A stretch of DNA of 64,000 bases from Selaginella moellendorffii (taxonomy: Eukaryota > Plantae > Lycopodiophyta), in assembly GCF_000143415.4 (NCBI RefSeq), contig NW_003314274.1:500806-564805 (forward strand), in the 5' to 3' direction. Positions 45,073 through 55,967 of the stretch are shown one piece after another. Position 1 is the stretch's first letter, and every line of letters begins with the position of its first letter. A program made the position numbers and the translations under genes. The notes under the pieces were generated by a model that saw only the letters and a program-made list of their open reading frames with translations, made no database searches and had not been told where the DNA came from.

Positions 45073-48000
45073 TGTCTGGTTTAACATTTTAAAACATACA
45101 TAAATAAATCTATCTAGCTTGCTACCACGTTTTGTTTTATTTGAGAAAACTCTGGAATTTCAACATTTTGGGAGGTCATCCTACTCTAACCCTAAGATAT
45201 TAAACCCCCCGAGTATCCTAATACCCTTAACCAATTGGAATAAAATGTGCACTTTTATTTAAAAATCCTTTCCCTTTATATTTAATTTTATATATATCAT
45301 CTTTCAAATTATTCTTTTTTGTTGCATATAATCCACCATACTTCTTTTGTAAGTTTACACCCTCATGAATGAAAGCTTATAACCATCACTCTCCTAAGAC
45401 CCGTGCTCTCTTGCCATAGCAAGGATCCCAGCTCTGCTGGGAATGTATCTTGGTTGGCAAACTTACTATTTTAAATGCATACAAGGTTAATTTGTCAAGA
45501 ATTTACTACCATCTATATTCATTGTATCGTGCATTTGTTATATCATTATGATTTATTAGTTGGTGGAACTGAAGATGGTTTGGAATATTTATCATCTGGA
45601 TGTCAAGCCATAAGAGATAGCAATGAGTAGTTTATATTTAAAATTCTCTTTGTTGAGTGAAGTCTTCTATTCTAGTCTTGTACTGTATTTTCTATTGTAT
45701 CTACTATATACCATCTTTGCACAACAAAATTATGTTTAATTTTAATAATATAGTATTGAATCAATAAAATACTCTTTGTTCTGTAAAGGTTTTGTTCTAT
45801 AGAACAATGAGTATGCTGAAATATTTTCAGGGAGATATATCATACCCAAGATAAATAGATCTTCATTTTTAATTGTTCAATGTTATAAATTTTGATTGTA
45901 TGCAAGGTTAAATTTATCTTAATTTTGCAACTATTCATCTCCAGAGAAATGGAAAATAATGCAATTAGATAATGATGCGAATGTTTGGGAAGATAAGATC
46001 ATATTTTAATCATCACAAAATTCGAAATTGAATTCTTCTATTGCCTTTATAAAAAAGTACAAAAACCTTAACACATTTACAAGATTGCTGCCATGATTTA
46101 AAATAAATTAAATGCTCATTAAAAAAAATTGTATACTAACAAAACATAATAGGTTAATTTTGGGAAATTATAGTTTTGATTGCATATTGAGCTAAAGTGT
46201 TTTTATCTGAACTGTAATAATACCTTTAACATTAATTTTTACTTAACTGTAATATTGCCTCTAAATTGCATAGTTTACTAAAAAATAATAAAATTTCTAT
46301 TATATATATGTTTTTACATTTAAAAATATACTTAAAGTAGATATAATGTTCATCTTAACAAAAAACTGTAATAATGCTTTATGATAAAGCTATGGACTCC
46401 AAAAAAAAAAAAATTACTATTAACTTATTCAACACTACTCACTAATAAGCAATTATATAAAGGTGAACACGATCACATATTAATATAGCTTATAAAATTA
46501 TTATTGTTTTAAACATAAACATGGATCTAACACATTACTATGAAAATATTAATATTCATATGTATTATGTATTATATAAGAAAAATTTAGGAATTCACTA
46601 TTTCAATTTATATTTCTAATTTAGAGAAAAATATTGTAGTATTAAGTTTGCCATTTGTGAGTAAAGTGCTACCATTGCTTTTTATTCTTTACTTTATTTT
46701 ATTAAAACATAAATTTTTTATCCTTGAATTTTAAACAACTTTAAAAAATTATATAATTAGATATCATACTAATATATAATAAAACTTTAATAACATTTAT
46801 TCGATGATTGAAATAATATAAAATGTATTATTGTTTTATAACACAAATGTAGCATCTACTTATCAAAACATTTATAAAAATAATATTTACTCTTATAATT
46901 TATATTAATTTTAAAATGAATGTTGTAGAAAACTCTACTCTTGTTGACTAAATATGATTTTTAAAATTATTTACAATTATAAAAATCCTCCATAACTAAT
47001 GACATTTTTTTCATTTTCTTTAAGTATATTCATGTTTTGGATATTTACCTCATCAACACTTTCTCTGTATAGAAAACATAAATTAGTTTCTAATATAATT
47101 ACTAATTTATATTTCATAACAATAACACTCTTTTATTTTATTACTTGCTTCAAATACTCCACTATCTGGTTTTAAACTAAAATATATATAGTCTAAATAT
47201 TTTTTTTATTAACATTCAAATCCACCTTTCAGTTTTTTTTTAATATATTTGTCATCTTGTAAAACCCATCTATAACACTTAATTTTTTTTGCCACTATTT
47301 ACATCTCTTGGAGTTATAAAATAAAAATTCTAAATAACACACCTTGTTCAAAAGTCCTAAATACAAACTTTTAGGAGTATCATATAATTTCGTTTGAGAA
47401 AAATATTTTTATATATATATTTGAAGAAGGTGGGAATATATTTATATTATAAGTGGACTTAGCATATATAACAAAAGCATGTAATTGTTTTTATAGATAT
47501 TGAAGTAAAATATAAGATTAAAATAAATAATTAGATTATAATAGTTTGGAAATAAAAATAAAATTATTATGATGAAATTTTTTGAAGGATTTCCTTCATA
47601 GTGGGTTTAGTTTGTTTATTTTTTGTAAAGAAGCTGTATTTGATTTTTTCTAGGATTGAATTGTTGTTAATGAAAGTATACCACTATTGATTACAATTAG
47701 TTACACAATACTACCAGTAAATCAATCTAGTAGGAAATGTTAGCAATTAACATAAAAAATAACATTATTATATTCATAATAAGATTTAATTTTTTAAATA
47801 TTGTTTAAAAAATTTATTTTATCCACTCTACTTCATCATTCTCTTGTATTTTAAATTAGATTTTTCAAACCTAGATTTTATTGTACATAAAACTAAAAAT
47901 TATATAATTAGATCTAAAATAATACTATATACATGAATAATTAAAATATATTTTATATTGCAAGAACCACTGCTTCTGTCTAACTGTAAGAAATTTTTGT

Positions 48001-48249
48001 ATTTATTAAATACTATATAATACCATTATCTACATAAAATATAAAAACTTTTTTTAAATAAAATTATTAAAAAAGAAACATATTTTCAGCTGGGATTTAT
48101 ATCAGTTGTAAGATCGATGTTGTAGAAAATGCTAATCTTTAAGACTAAAATTGGTTTAGAAAATTATTCATACTAAAATATAATGATATTTAATTATATC
48201 TTCCTTCGGTTGGAGCTTCACTTTCTTCAACTTCTTTGATTCCTCTTAG

Positions 48250-49180
48250 AGGTGGTTATGGAGCTGGGAGGCAATGCTCCATGCTTAGTGGAAGTTCTCA
48301 TTCCAGACTTGGAAGGTACAATCGCTAGGTTGGTCCATGAGGGATTCTATCAGAGTGGCCAGTTGTGCATTCACATGCAGCGTCTTTAGGTGAAAGGTGA
48401 GGTATTCGACACTTGTCTTTAAATTCTATTATATTCTTTGTTCACAAATCGAGCTTTGATCTAACGTATTTGGTGCTGGTTGTGTAGGTGAACGATGCAT
48501 TGATCGCTGCTGTTAAGAAACTCAAAGGTGGAGATCACCAAGATGACACGTCAATTGGGCCCATGATATCCGAGTCATCAGCAGCTATAGTGGAGAAGAG
48601 CGTGAACGAGGCAGTGAAGGCAGGCACCAAACTTCTAGTTGGTGGTAAGCAAAGGGAGCTTTCATGGAGCCAATGATCCTGGAAGATGCTCCCTTTGACA
48701 CGGACAGAAGGAAGGAAGAGATTTTCGGTCCTGTGATCCTTCTCTACTCATACAAGTCAGCTCTCAAAGTTTCTTAGCCACTGAAGTTCTTCTTTACTTC
48801 CTTTGTTTTTCTCTAAACTTAAACGGTGGTGACGCAGTGATTTCAAGGAAGCCGTGATGGAAGCTAACAACACGCATTACAGTCTCCAAGCCGGCGTCTT
48901 TACGTGTGATCTAAACAAGGCCTTCTATGCATTTCAGCATATAGAGGTAGCTTTGCATTTGAGATATAGAAAGTATTGATCAACTGTTTGATAATTATTT
49001 GATCCTCACAGGCTGGAGGAGTTTGCCTCAACGATTCGCCAAGCATGTGCGTTGATAGCCAGCCATATGGTGGGATCAAAGACTCTGGAATCCAACGAGA
49101 GGGTGTCAAGTACGCGATGGACAACATGCTCGAAACCAAAGTTTTAGTCATGTGCAATGTAGGCAACGCGTCTTACTTTT
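48250..49180 (+). pseudogene. ALDH21-like aldehyde dehydrogenase, C-terminal half (copy A)
   Basis: MELGGNAPC, GFYQSGQLCIHMQRL* (catalytic Cys region), IGPMISES, a frameshift near 48650, EEIFGPV and QPYGGIKDSG. Confidence 0.85.
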
Positions 49181-49279
49181 GATCAAGCTCGAGCTCGAGC
49201 TTTCGAGAAGAGTAAATACAGTCTATCCACAAATCATTGCCGAGTTGTCCTCGTTTGCTCGCTCACTCTCTAGCACCAT

Positions 49280-49880
49280 CAACCTTTTACCTTTAGGATG
49301 GAGAATGCTTGTCTATAAACTCCTGGGAGAAGGTCCATAGCTTGTGAGCGAGCTCGGGATCTCTGCCATAAGCGCTACAGTTGGATTTGTTGGAATCCAC
49401 GAAGTATTGCCCAGTGACGTCCTTGAGGCTTGGATGTAAAGCCACGTATCACGTTGTAGCAGCGCCCTGAGAGATCGATCACATATTAGTCACAAAAAAC
49501 TTCCAGATTATTGGGAGAATTCTTCTTACCTATGGCACATTTTTCCAAAGGAAGCTGGAGAAGAACTTAAGAACCCCTGCATGAAGATCAAAGTTCCATA
49601 AGTAACCAAAAACAATGACAAGGCAAAGAGACAAACTCATTATGTAGAATGTGTACCGCATCAAAGGTGTCATTATAAACCCTGGATGAACAGCGTTGGC
49701 TGTGATGTCAACTCCTTCGGCTTAATCAGTGAAAGAGAAAGCATTGACGAAAGAGAAAGGCGGGAGAGATTTCAAAGCATTAGACGAATACCTTGAATCT
49801 CATTGCCAGTTCTTTGGCGTGGAAGATGTTTGCGAGCTTGGATTGACTGTATGCTCTAGTGTCGGAGTACCTTTTGGAAG
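49280..49880 (-). pseudogene. TIC32-like SDR fragment (copy A)
   Basis: Duplicate of 40450-41050 at offset 8830. Confidence 0.85.
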
Positions 49881-49944
49881 AAAAAAGGAAGAATGTAAGC
49901 TCACGAGAAAAGAGAACTGTTTGGTGTACTAATGACGAGATTCC

Positions 49945-50095
49945 CAGGTGCCTTGACAGTTTCACCACCTGCTTGAGCAGCCATTGACAAGCTGTCCTTT
50001 CCACCTTCTATTGCGACCTCAAGCTCGATCATAGTGTCGCGAAGAGCAACAGCAGCATTGTACATATGTGCTCCTTCGGAATCAAGCTCAACCTG
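49945..50095 (-). pseudogene. FGAM synthase exon fragment (copy A)
   Basis: Duplicate of 41115-41265; GGKDSLSM. Confidence 0.85.
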
Positions 50096-51033
50096 CAAAG
50101 TCAAACATATCATAAGGTGAAATATCCTTGACAAAAAAAAAAGTTCTGGCTGAGCTGCAGGATGCTCATCAATGCTCTGGTATCAATTTATATTCCAGCA
50201 GAGCTGGAGTCTCTGCTATAATAGTACTGCAAGATAGGAATAAAGCGGGTAGGTAGAGAACAAAAATAAGTGCCCATTCCATAGCCAGGAAAAAAAGCTA
50301 TTTTGATTCACTAAGATCAAGGTACAGTTCAGTATAGTACTTTTTTCTTTTATAATTACAAAAATTTTTAAACTCTTACAGATTTGAAAACTCATGGCCT
50401 CTGTTGTGGCAAGAAACTGTGCTGTTGGGATCCAAGGCAGTCCTCCTACAAACACCAGATAAAGTAATAATAGCACTAATAATAAATATTCACCTATAGC
50501 CAGCAAAGAAGTAATGGACGACAATGAAGATTTGAAGCTTGGCAAGCTCGTCGGACCCATATCTCGTTACCCATTATACTTTTAGCATTGACCATTGAGC
50601 GTCATATACCAAAAGAAGGAAAACAAGAAGAAAAAGAAGGGCAGAACATCGTGAAGAAGAAGAAAAAGCAAAAATCTTAAGAAACAGAACAAAGTGAAAG
50701 CTTGGAAATGGAATAGAAAATGCGGCCTACAGACATATGTCCTTTCAGAACCTTTCTTTAGTTGGCTGAATTTTCCTATTTCTTGTGCAGAGGTTCAACT
50801 TTGTCAAACTATGAGCGCTAGCTTCCCTGGATTTGGATGATGTCAAAGGATTTCTTAAGCATGGAAACACTCATTAGAGGCAGCAGACACGGTTTGTGAC
50901 GGCTTAACCTGGACTATAAGAGCCTTGTATCAGTGACCCACTTCATCACGGAACGACTCTCATCTTCAGATCATCGATTACTGCCAAGAAAATTCGAGGA
51001 GGAAGAAGACATGCCAACCTGCAATACCTGAGG

Positions 51034-51610
51034 ATGGGAAGTTGGAGAGGGAACATTTTGGTTTTGCTTCTGCTGTCTCTGAGCTAGTGTTTTGGATCAT
51101 GATGAGAGTGGAGGATACAAGAATGGCTACCACAGTTACTCGAGATCCTGTCCTCAAGCCAAGAGAATCATCAGGGACACTCTGAGCAAGCACACCGATT
51201 GGGACAGGACGATACCAGCAGGAGTTCTTCGCTTGCACTTCCACGACTGTTTCATCGACAGGAGTAGCTTTGCAAGATTTAAATTCTTGTCTTCTAACTT
51301 TGCTGTTCTTCAGGACTGTGATGGATCGGTTCTTCTCGACTGATGGAAGTAAAGTGTAAAAGTTGTCCCTTCCAAGCCTCATGTCTGCCAAGAGCTTCAT
51401 TTTTGTCCTGGTGTTGTCTCCTGCGCTGACACTCTTGCCATAGCTGCCAGAGATTCAACCGTCATGGTAAGTTTAGCATCTTTTATCAAGTTCTAAGATG
51501 GAGAGAAAAGTATTACCAAGTCCCAACTGGATGCTACGACGGAAGAGTTTCCATCCAGGAAAACAGCAACACCTTACAATCTCCGTTTGGGGATGCATCA
51601 GCTCTCATTA
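51034..51610 (+). pseudogene. Class III peroxidase fragment (copy A)
   Basis: Duplicate of 42204-42780; LRLHFHDCF. Confidence 0.88.
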
Positions 51611-52415
51611 AAAACACTGGATATTTCAATTGGCTCCAAAACTGTAAAACAGTTGTAAATCACAAAATTTGTGAACAAGCCAGTTCTCGCCTCTATAGGA
51701 TGATCCTTTTGACAGCAGAATAGTACGCAATAGCCAACTCAATCCAGGGCACTGGAATTTGAAGACATTGCAGCCAATTCTTGGAGATCTTCCCCATCTA
51801 CAAGAACAAACAATGGAGGCTGAAGTGGAATCCAGTGAAGTTTACCTTCCATGTACCAACTTATAGCATGGCAGGAGCGTCCCGCAGCCAAGTCGTGGTG
51901 TAGGCGTACTTCATCATGAGATTGAGCAGTGGCCGCTCCATCACCTGCTCTTGATTCGACACAAACACATCCAGCCGAAACCAGAGTCACTCGTGGGACT
52001 CGATGTCTGTGACACAGGAACGCCACCTGTTTACTCCTCCCATTTTCTCCTTGGCCTCGTTCTGGATGAAGGCCCGGTCCTCGAGGATGGCAGCATCCAT
52101 GCTCTTTTTGCAGCGATGCTCCTCTCGCCCCATGTTTGCCCCAATCTGCCCGATCGCCCTAAAAAATTTCACTTGATTTGGAGCGTCATTAAAATCACAT
52201 TGAAGCGTTGCCACCCCTTTGGCACTTGATCTATGCCATTTATTTCAAGTTTTTGAATTTGAACCGTTAGATTATAAGTATATTCAGAAATAATATTCTA
52301 AAAATGGAATAAAAGACGCCGGATGCCATATGCCAATAGCACGTTTAAATAAGGGAGTATGATGATAACTCCTGGAAGGGACGGCTTTTGTAGCGCCAAA
52401 GTTGCCCTAGAAGCT

Positions 52416-53075
52416 ATGCCGGCAGTGGTCACGCAGTGGGAGAATCTGTGGGAGCTGAGCAGGAGGCTCCTGCAACCTCCGCCCAGTCGCGCCTATGCAT
52501 CCACCCTGGGCGATCTGCAGGATGCTTCCGCCCTGCTGCTGTTCATGGACCAGACATGCGACTTCCGGGAGGAGCAGGTTCTGGGCGCAGTGATTGGCCT
52601 CCTCTACACCACCGAGCTCTTCTCCGCCTCGCCCCAGGCCAAGTCCGATTGCGCGTGCCACCTCTCGGCCTCCGGAGTGCAGGTCTTCCAGCTCGACTGC
52701 TTCGTTGCATACGGTGAGCATCTGCTCGCCAACGGGTTCCAGAGCACCGGAGGAGGAGACAGGGACAACATGACGGAGGGGATTGAGGACGCCTGGCGGG
52801 ACTTTTGCACGGCGAGGGGCGTTCAGGGTGAGCCGAGCTGACGACGGTCATTTTTGAGTTGACGTGTGTGTATTTTATTTGATTCAGTGGTGCGCAGCGA
52901 AGTCGAGGACAAGTATCCTGTTTTCCCAGCTGAGGATGAGGCGGAACTGTTTTCAAGCCCATTTCGCAGAAAAAGGAGCAAGAAGAAGAAGAAGAAGACT
53001 AAGAAGCGTAAGCTTGTGGTGTCAACTTTAGTGCTCAGTTTTGTTGGTTTCTTTTTCCCAGGTGAAAGCGATGCT

Positions 53076-53106
<31 letters not shown>

Positions 53107-54253
53107 GCAGCGGCAGCAGCAGCATGAAGCCTAGAGGTAAGTTCTTGTTTCGTTTGTTACTTCAAACACTTGTTGCACTGATTATTTGGCTTTCCAGCTC
53201 CTACCTGGCCGCTTGGATTCTCTGGTGACAGCGTTCCCACGTTTTTCGAGCTTGCTCATCGGATTCTTCACTCTAAGTTTTTCCTGAGCCTACCTCTGGA
53301 GAACTTGGTACGTTGTTTTTGTGAGATGTTTGTGACAACCAAGCCTTGCCTGATCCTCTCATCTTGTTCAGGGCCACAACTACCAGCGCTTCTGCAAAGA
53401 AACCAAGGATCCGGATGGCTGGGTCAAGGCCTACGCGGAGATGGCTCGCACGGAGCCGGTTCTACCGGTTGATTCGTTTCGTAGCCCGGAAGAGAGTAGT
53501 TATCCCCTCCTCCGTTCGCAGCTCAGGAAGCTCTTGGAAGGGTTGAGGTCCCACGGCCGAGGTACGCTGCTCCGAGCTCTTTTCACCTCGAGGCCCCCCT
53601 TGTCAATGCTTCCACACATCCATGCAATGGTGGATTGCACCGTCCATGCAAGGCTCTGGCTCTTGGGCATTGATCACACCATCTACATGGAGTCTGAGCT
53701 AAGTTGTCTGTGTTTTTCTTATCTTTCTTATTTTTTTGGTGTGGATTTTGAGCATTTTATTGCTTCTGATAATCAGACGCTGATCTGGGTTGTCGAGGCG
53801 CCGCAAAGGAGCAGCAGGAGGTGTATACTTCCATCTATCTGCAGGAGCGAGTGCCTTCATGCGTGGAGTTGCTGCAGCGTCTACAGTGTCATTCTTGTCT
53901 TTGTGGCAGCTGGGGCGGGTAAGCTTTTGATAACTGCTTTTCGGTTTTTCATTCATATGTATGCATGCAGAGTTTTGGAGGTGCTGGTTCTCACTCCACA
54001 GGATTATGATACCCTCGGAGCTCCGGACAACGAGATGTGGAGAGCAGTAAGGAAGCACATCCGCTACTCCATGTTCTACGCTGAGGGGAAAAAGGTTGAT
54101 CCAGAGCTTGTCCTCCCGGAGGTTGTTCGCAAATATCGGCCTTTTATTCATGTGGATCGTAAATGGGCTAGGCTCCATCCTTCCCTTGTACATGCCGAGC
54201 TGCTGCAAGTCCCACCCATGCCTCCTAACTCATCGGTTGTATTCCTAAGGTAG
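52416..54253 (+). CDS. Multi-exon gene of unknown function (lineage-specific; Lys-rich NLS-like segment and poly-Ser)
   Basis: GC-rich coding-like exons separated by ~55-70-bp GT-AG introns (e.g. donor 52828, acceptors near 52897, 53061, 53197, 53371). No recognisable domain; exact end uncertain. Confidence 0.45.
53076..53123. repeat. (AGC)n microsatellite encoding poly-Ser
   Basis: agcagcagcagc...agcggcagcggcagc. Confidence 0.9.
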
Positions 54254-54988
54254 TCTAGCAATAATACTTTTTTCTAAGCTGATAAATATTCGCTCCAACA
54301 ATCTTTTAGATTTGTATGGCGATCAAAAACAAAATCACTCTTCCCGGCAAATGCTGCAAACTTCAGAGTCCAACGTAGAACGCTACGACCAAGCTTGTAC
54401 CTGTCTCCCTCATATGGGCAGGGCACGATTACGCCGACACGTATCCGGTGGAGAGTGGCCGCAGGGACCCAGGGAGAACAGAGGTGCTCCGCCGCCGAGC
54501 GATGGACCCGAGCCGGACCGATATGAGTGGATTCGGGCTCCCCACCCCATCTTGCAGCGGCAGCGCCGAGGAGAAGCAGCCGATCAATGGCAAGAGCGAG
54601 CTCCGGCGATGAAATCTCCTACTCCTCCCTCGCCGGCGGCCGCGGCATTCGGACGAGCTGAGCTGCTGCGACGCCGGCGCCGATCGCGATTTGCTGCGTG
54701 CTGGAGCCGGCACCGCAGCCGGGAGCCCTGAATCAGAGAAAGAGATGGCGTGGCGGACAGTGGCATTTCCTGGTTCACGCAACGAGCGAATCGTCCAGGA
54801 TATTCAATCGGTAAAATCCAGAATCCTGGCGCTCATGAGACGCGTCCTCGGCGCCTATGCAGACGCGCGCATTGGTTCGCAGGTAAGTGGTTTGCTCGTT
54901 TTCTTTGCAAGGAGCTTAGATGGTTTTTGGTGGAGCGGCTCTCTGTTTTATCTATATATGTTTTTATTTTTTATTATCACATGTGATT

Positions 54989-55712
54989 TTAGACATTCGG
55001 ACCATACCTGTTCTTGAGAACCACAGTGACGGGGATGACTATATCGTCCATGTATATGTCATGTAACCCTCTCTTGGACGTGTCAGCTAGCTCATTGGCG
55101 GAAGTAAGCTCAAACGGTGGCGTAATGGTTGAATCATCTTCCAGCACCACGACGAAGAAATGATCTACGGCCACCTTCACTGCCAGGAGGTGGTCATTGA
55201 CCAGGTGAGACTGGTTTGATGCCAATCCCCAGTCCCTGTGAAAATGAAACCAGATTACATATGACGACGCAAAAGAAAGGGAGTAGGGGGGGAAGAAAAC
55301 TCACTTGGTATAAAGGTTAGTGCCAGGATTTGTGTTGTTTTTGTTCCTCCATGCCTGGAATGCACTCTTTGACAAATGGATGTTACCATTGGTGGACACA
55401 CCACCCTGGATCAGAGTTTGATAGTCCGGGTGTCGCACACCATATTTCATCATGCTAGATTTAAACAATGGAAGTAAAAATTAAAAATTTCTCAAATTCG
55501 AAAGCTCACCTATGTGGCAGCCGATTCACGTCAATGGCATCGTTGATCGTGGTCCGCTTGAGAGGAGCCTGAGGACCGTCATAGTGAGCCAGCGTCCCCA
55601 CAAACTTGAGGATCCCGGGTTGTGGCGTGGACCGACGTGTTGGGTTGGCCAAGGGAAGTATTTCACTCACCACGTAATCGGAGTGCTTTCCATGAACACT
55701 GGAGTTGTACAT
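54989..55712 (-). CDS. Possible small three-exon gene of unknown function
   Basis: Open segments with GT-AG boundaries (near 55507/55455 and 55303/55237), downstream of a telo-box array. No domain recognised. Confidence 0.3.
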
Positions 55713-55845
55713 AGTCGCCTCCTCCTTCCCTACTTGGAAATGCGGCTGCTGCAACCCTAGAAACCGATGCGGAGGAGGCGATCCTCTTCTCAAATTGTAC
55801 AGCTTTTTATTCGCTGCACATGACCGTGCAGTTTGTTACGTTGCA

Positions 55846-55873
55846 ACCCTAAACCCTAAACCCTAAACCTAAA
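55846..55873. repeat. (CCCTAAA)n telomere-type repeat / telo-box array, ~4 units
   Basis: aaccctaaaccctaaaccctaaacctaaaa. Confidence 0.8.
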
Positions 55874-55967
55874 ACCGGAGTTCGGTTGGAAGACCATGCA
55901 CTATGATGCTTCGCAATGGTGGGGAATTGCGAAAGGGTGATTTTTGGAACTGGTGGCAGGGATGTAC

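Larger units (their letters stand above)
43509..52365 (-). mobile_element. Non-autonomous Helitron unit A
   Basis: 5' end A|TCATCATACTCCCTTATTTAAACG at 52365. 3' end: hairpin CCCAGC-GGA-GCTGGG + CTAG|T at 43512-43509. Confidence 0.8.

Noticed and set aside
31302-52365. Autonomous Helitron (Rep/helicase)
   Set aside because: No HUH Rep or PIF1 helicase motifs seen in any frame.
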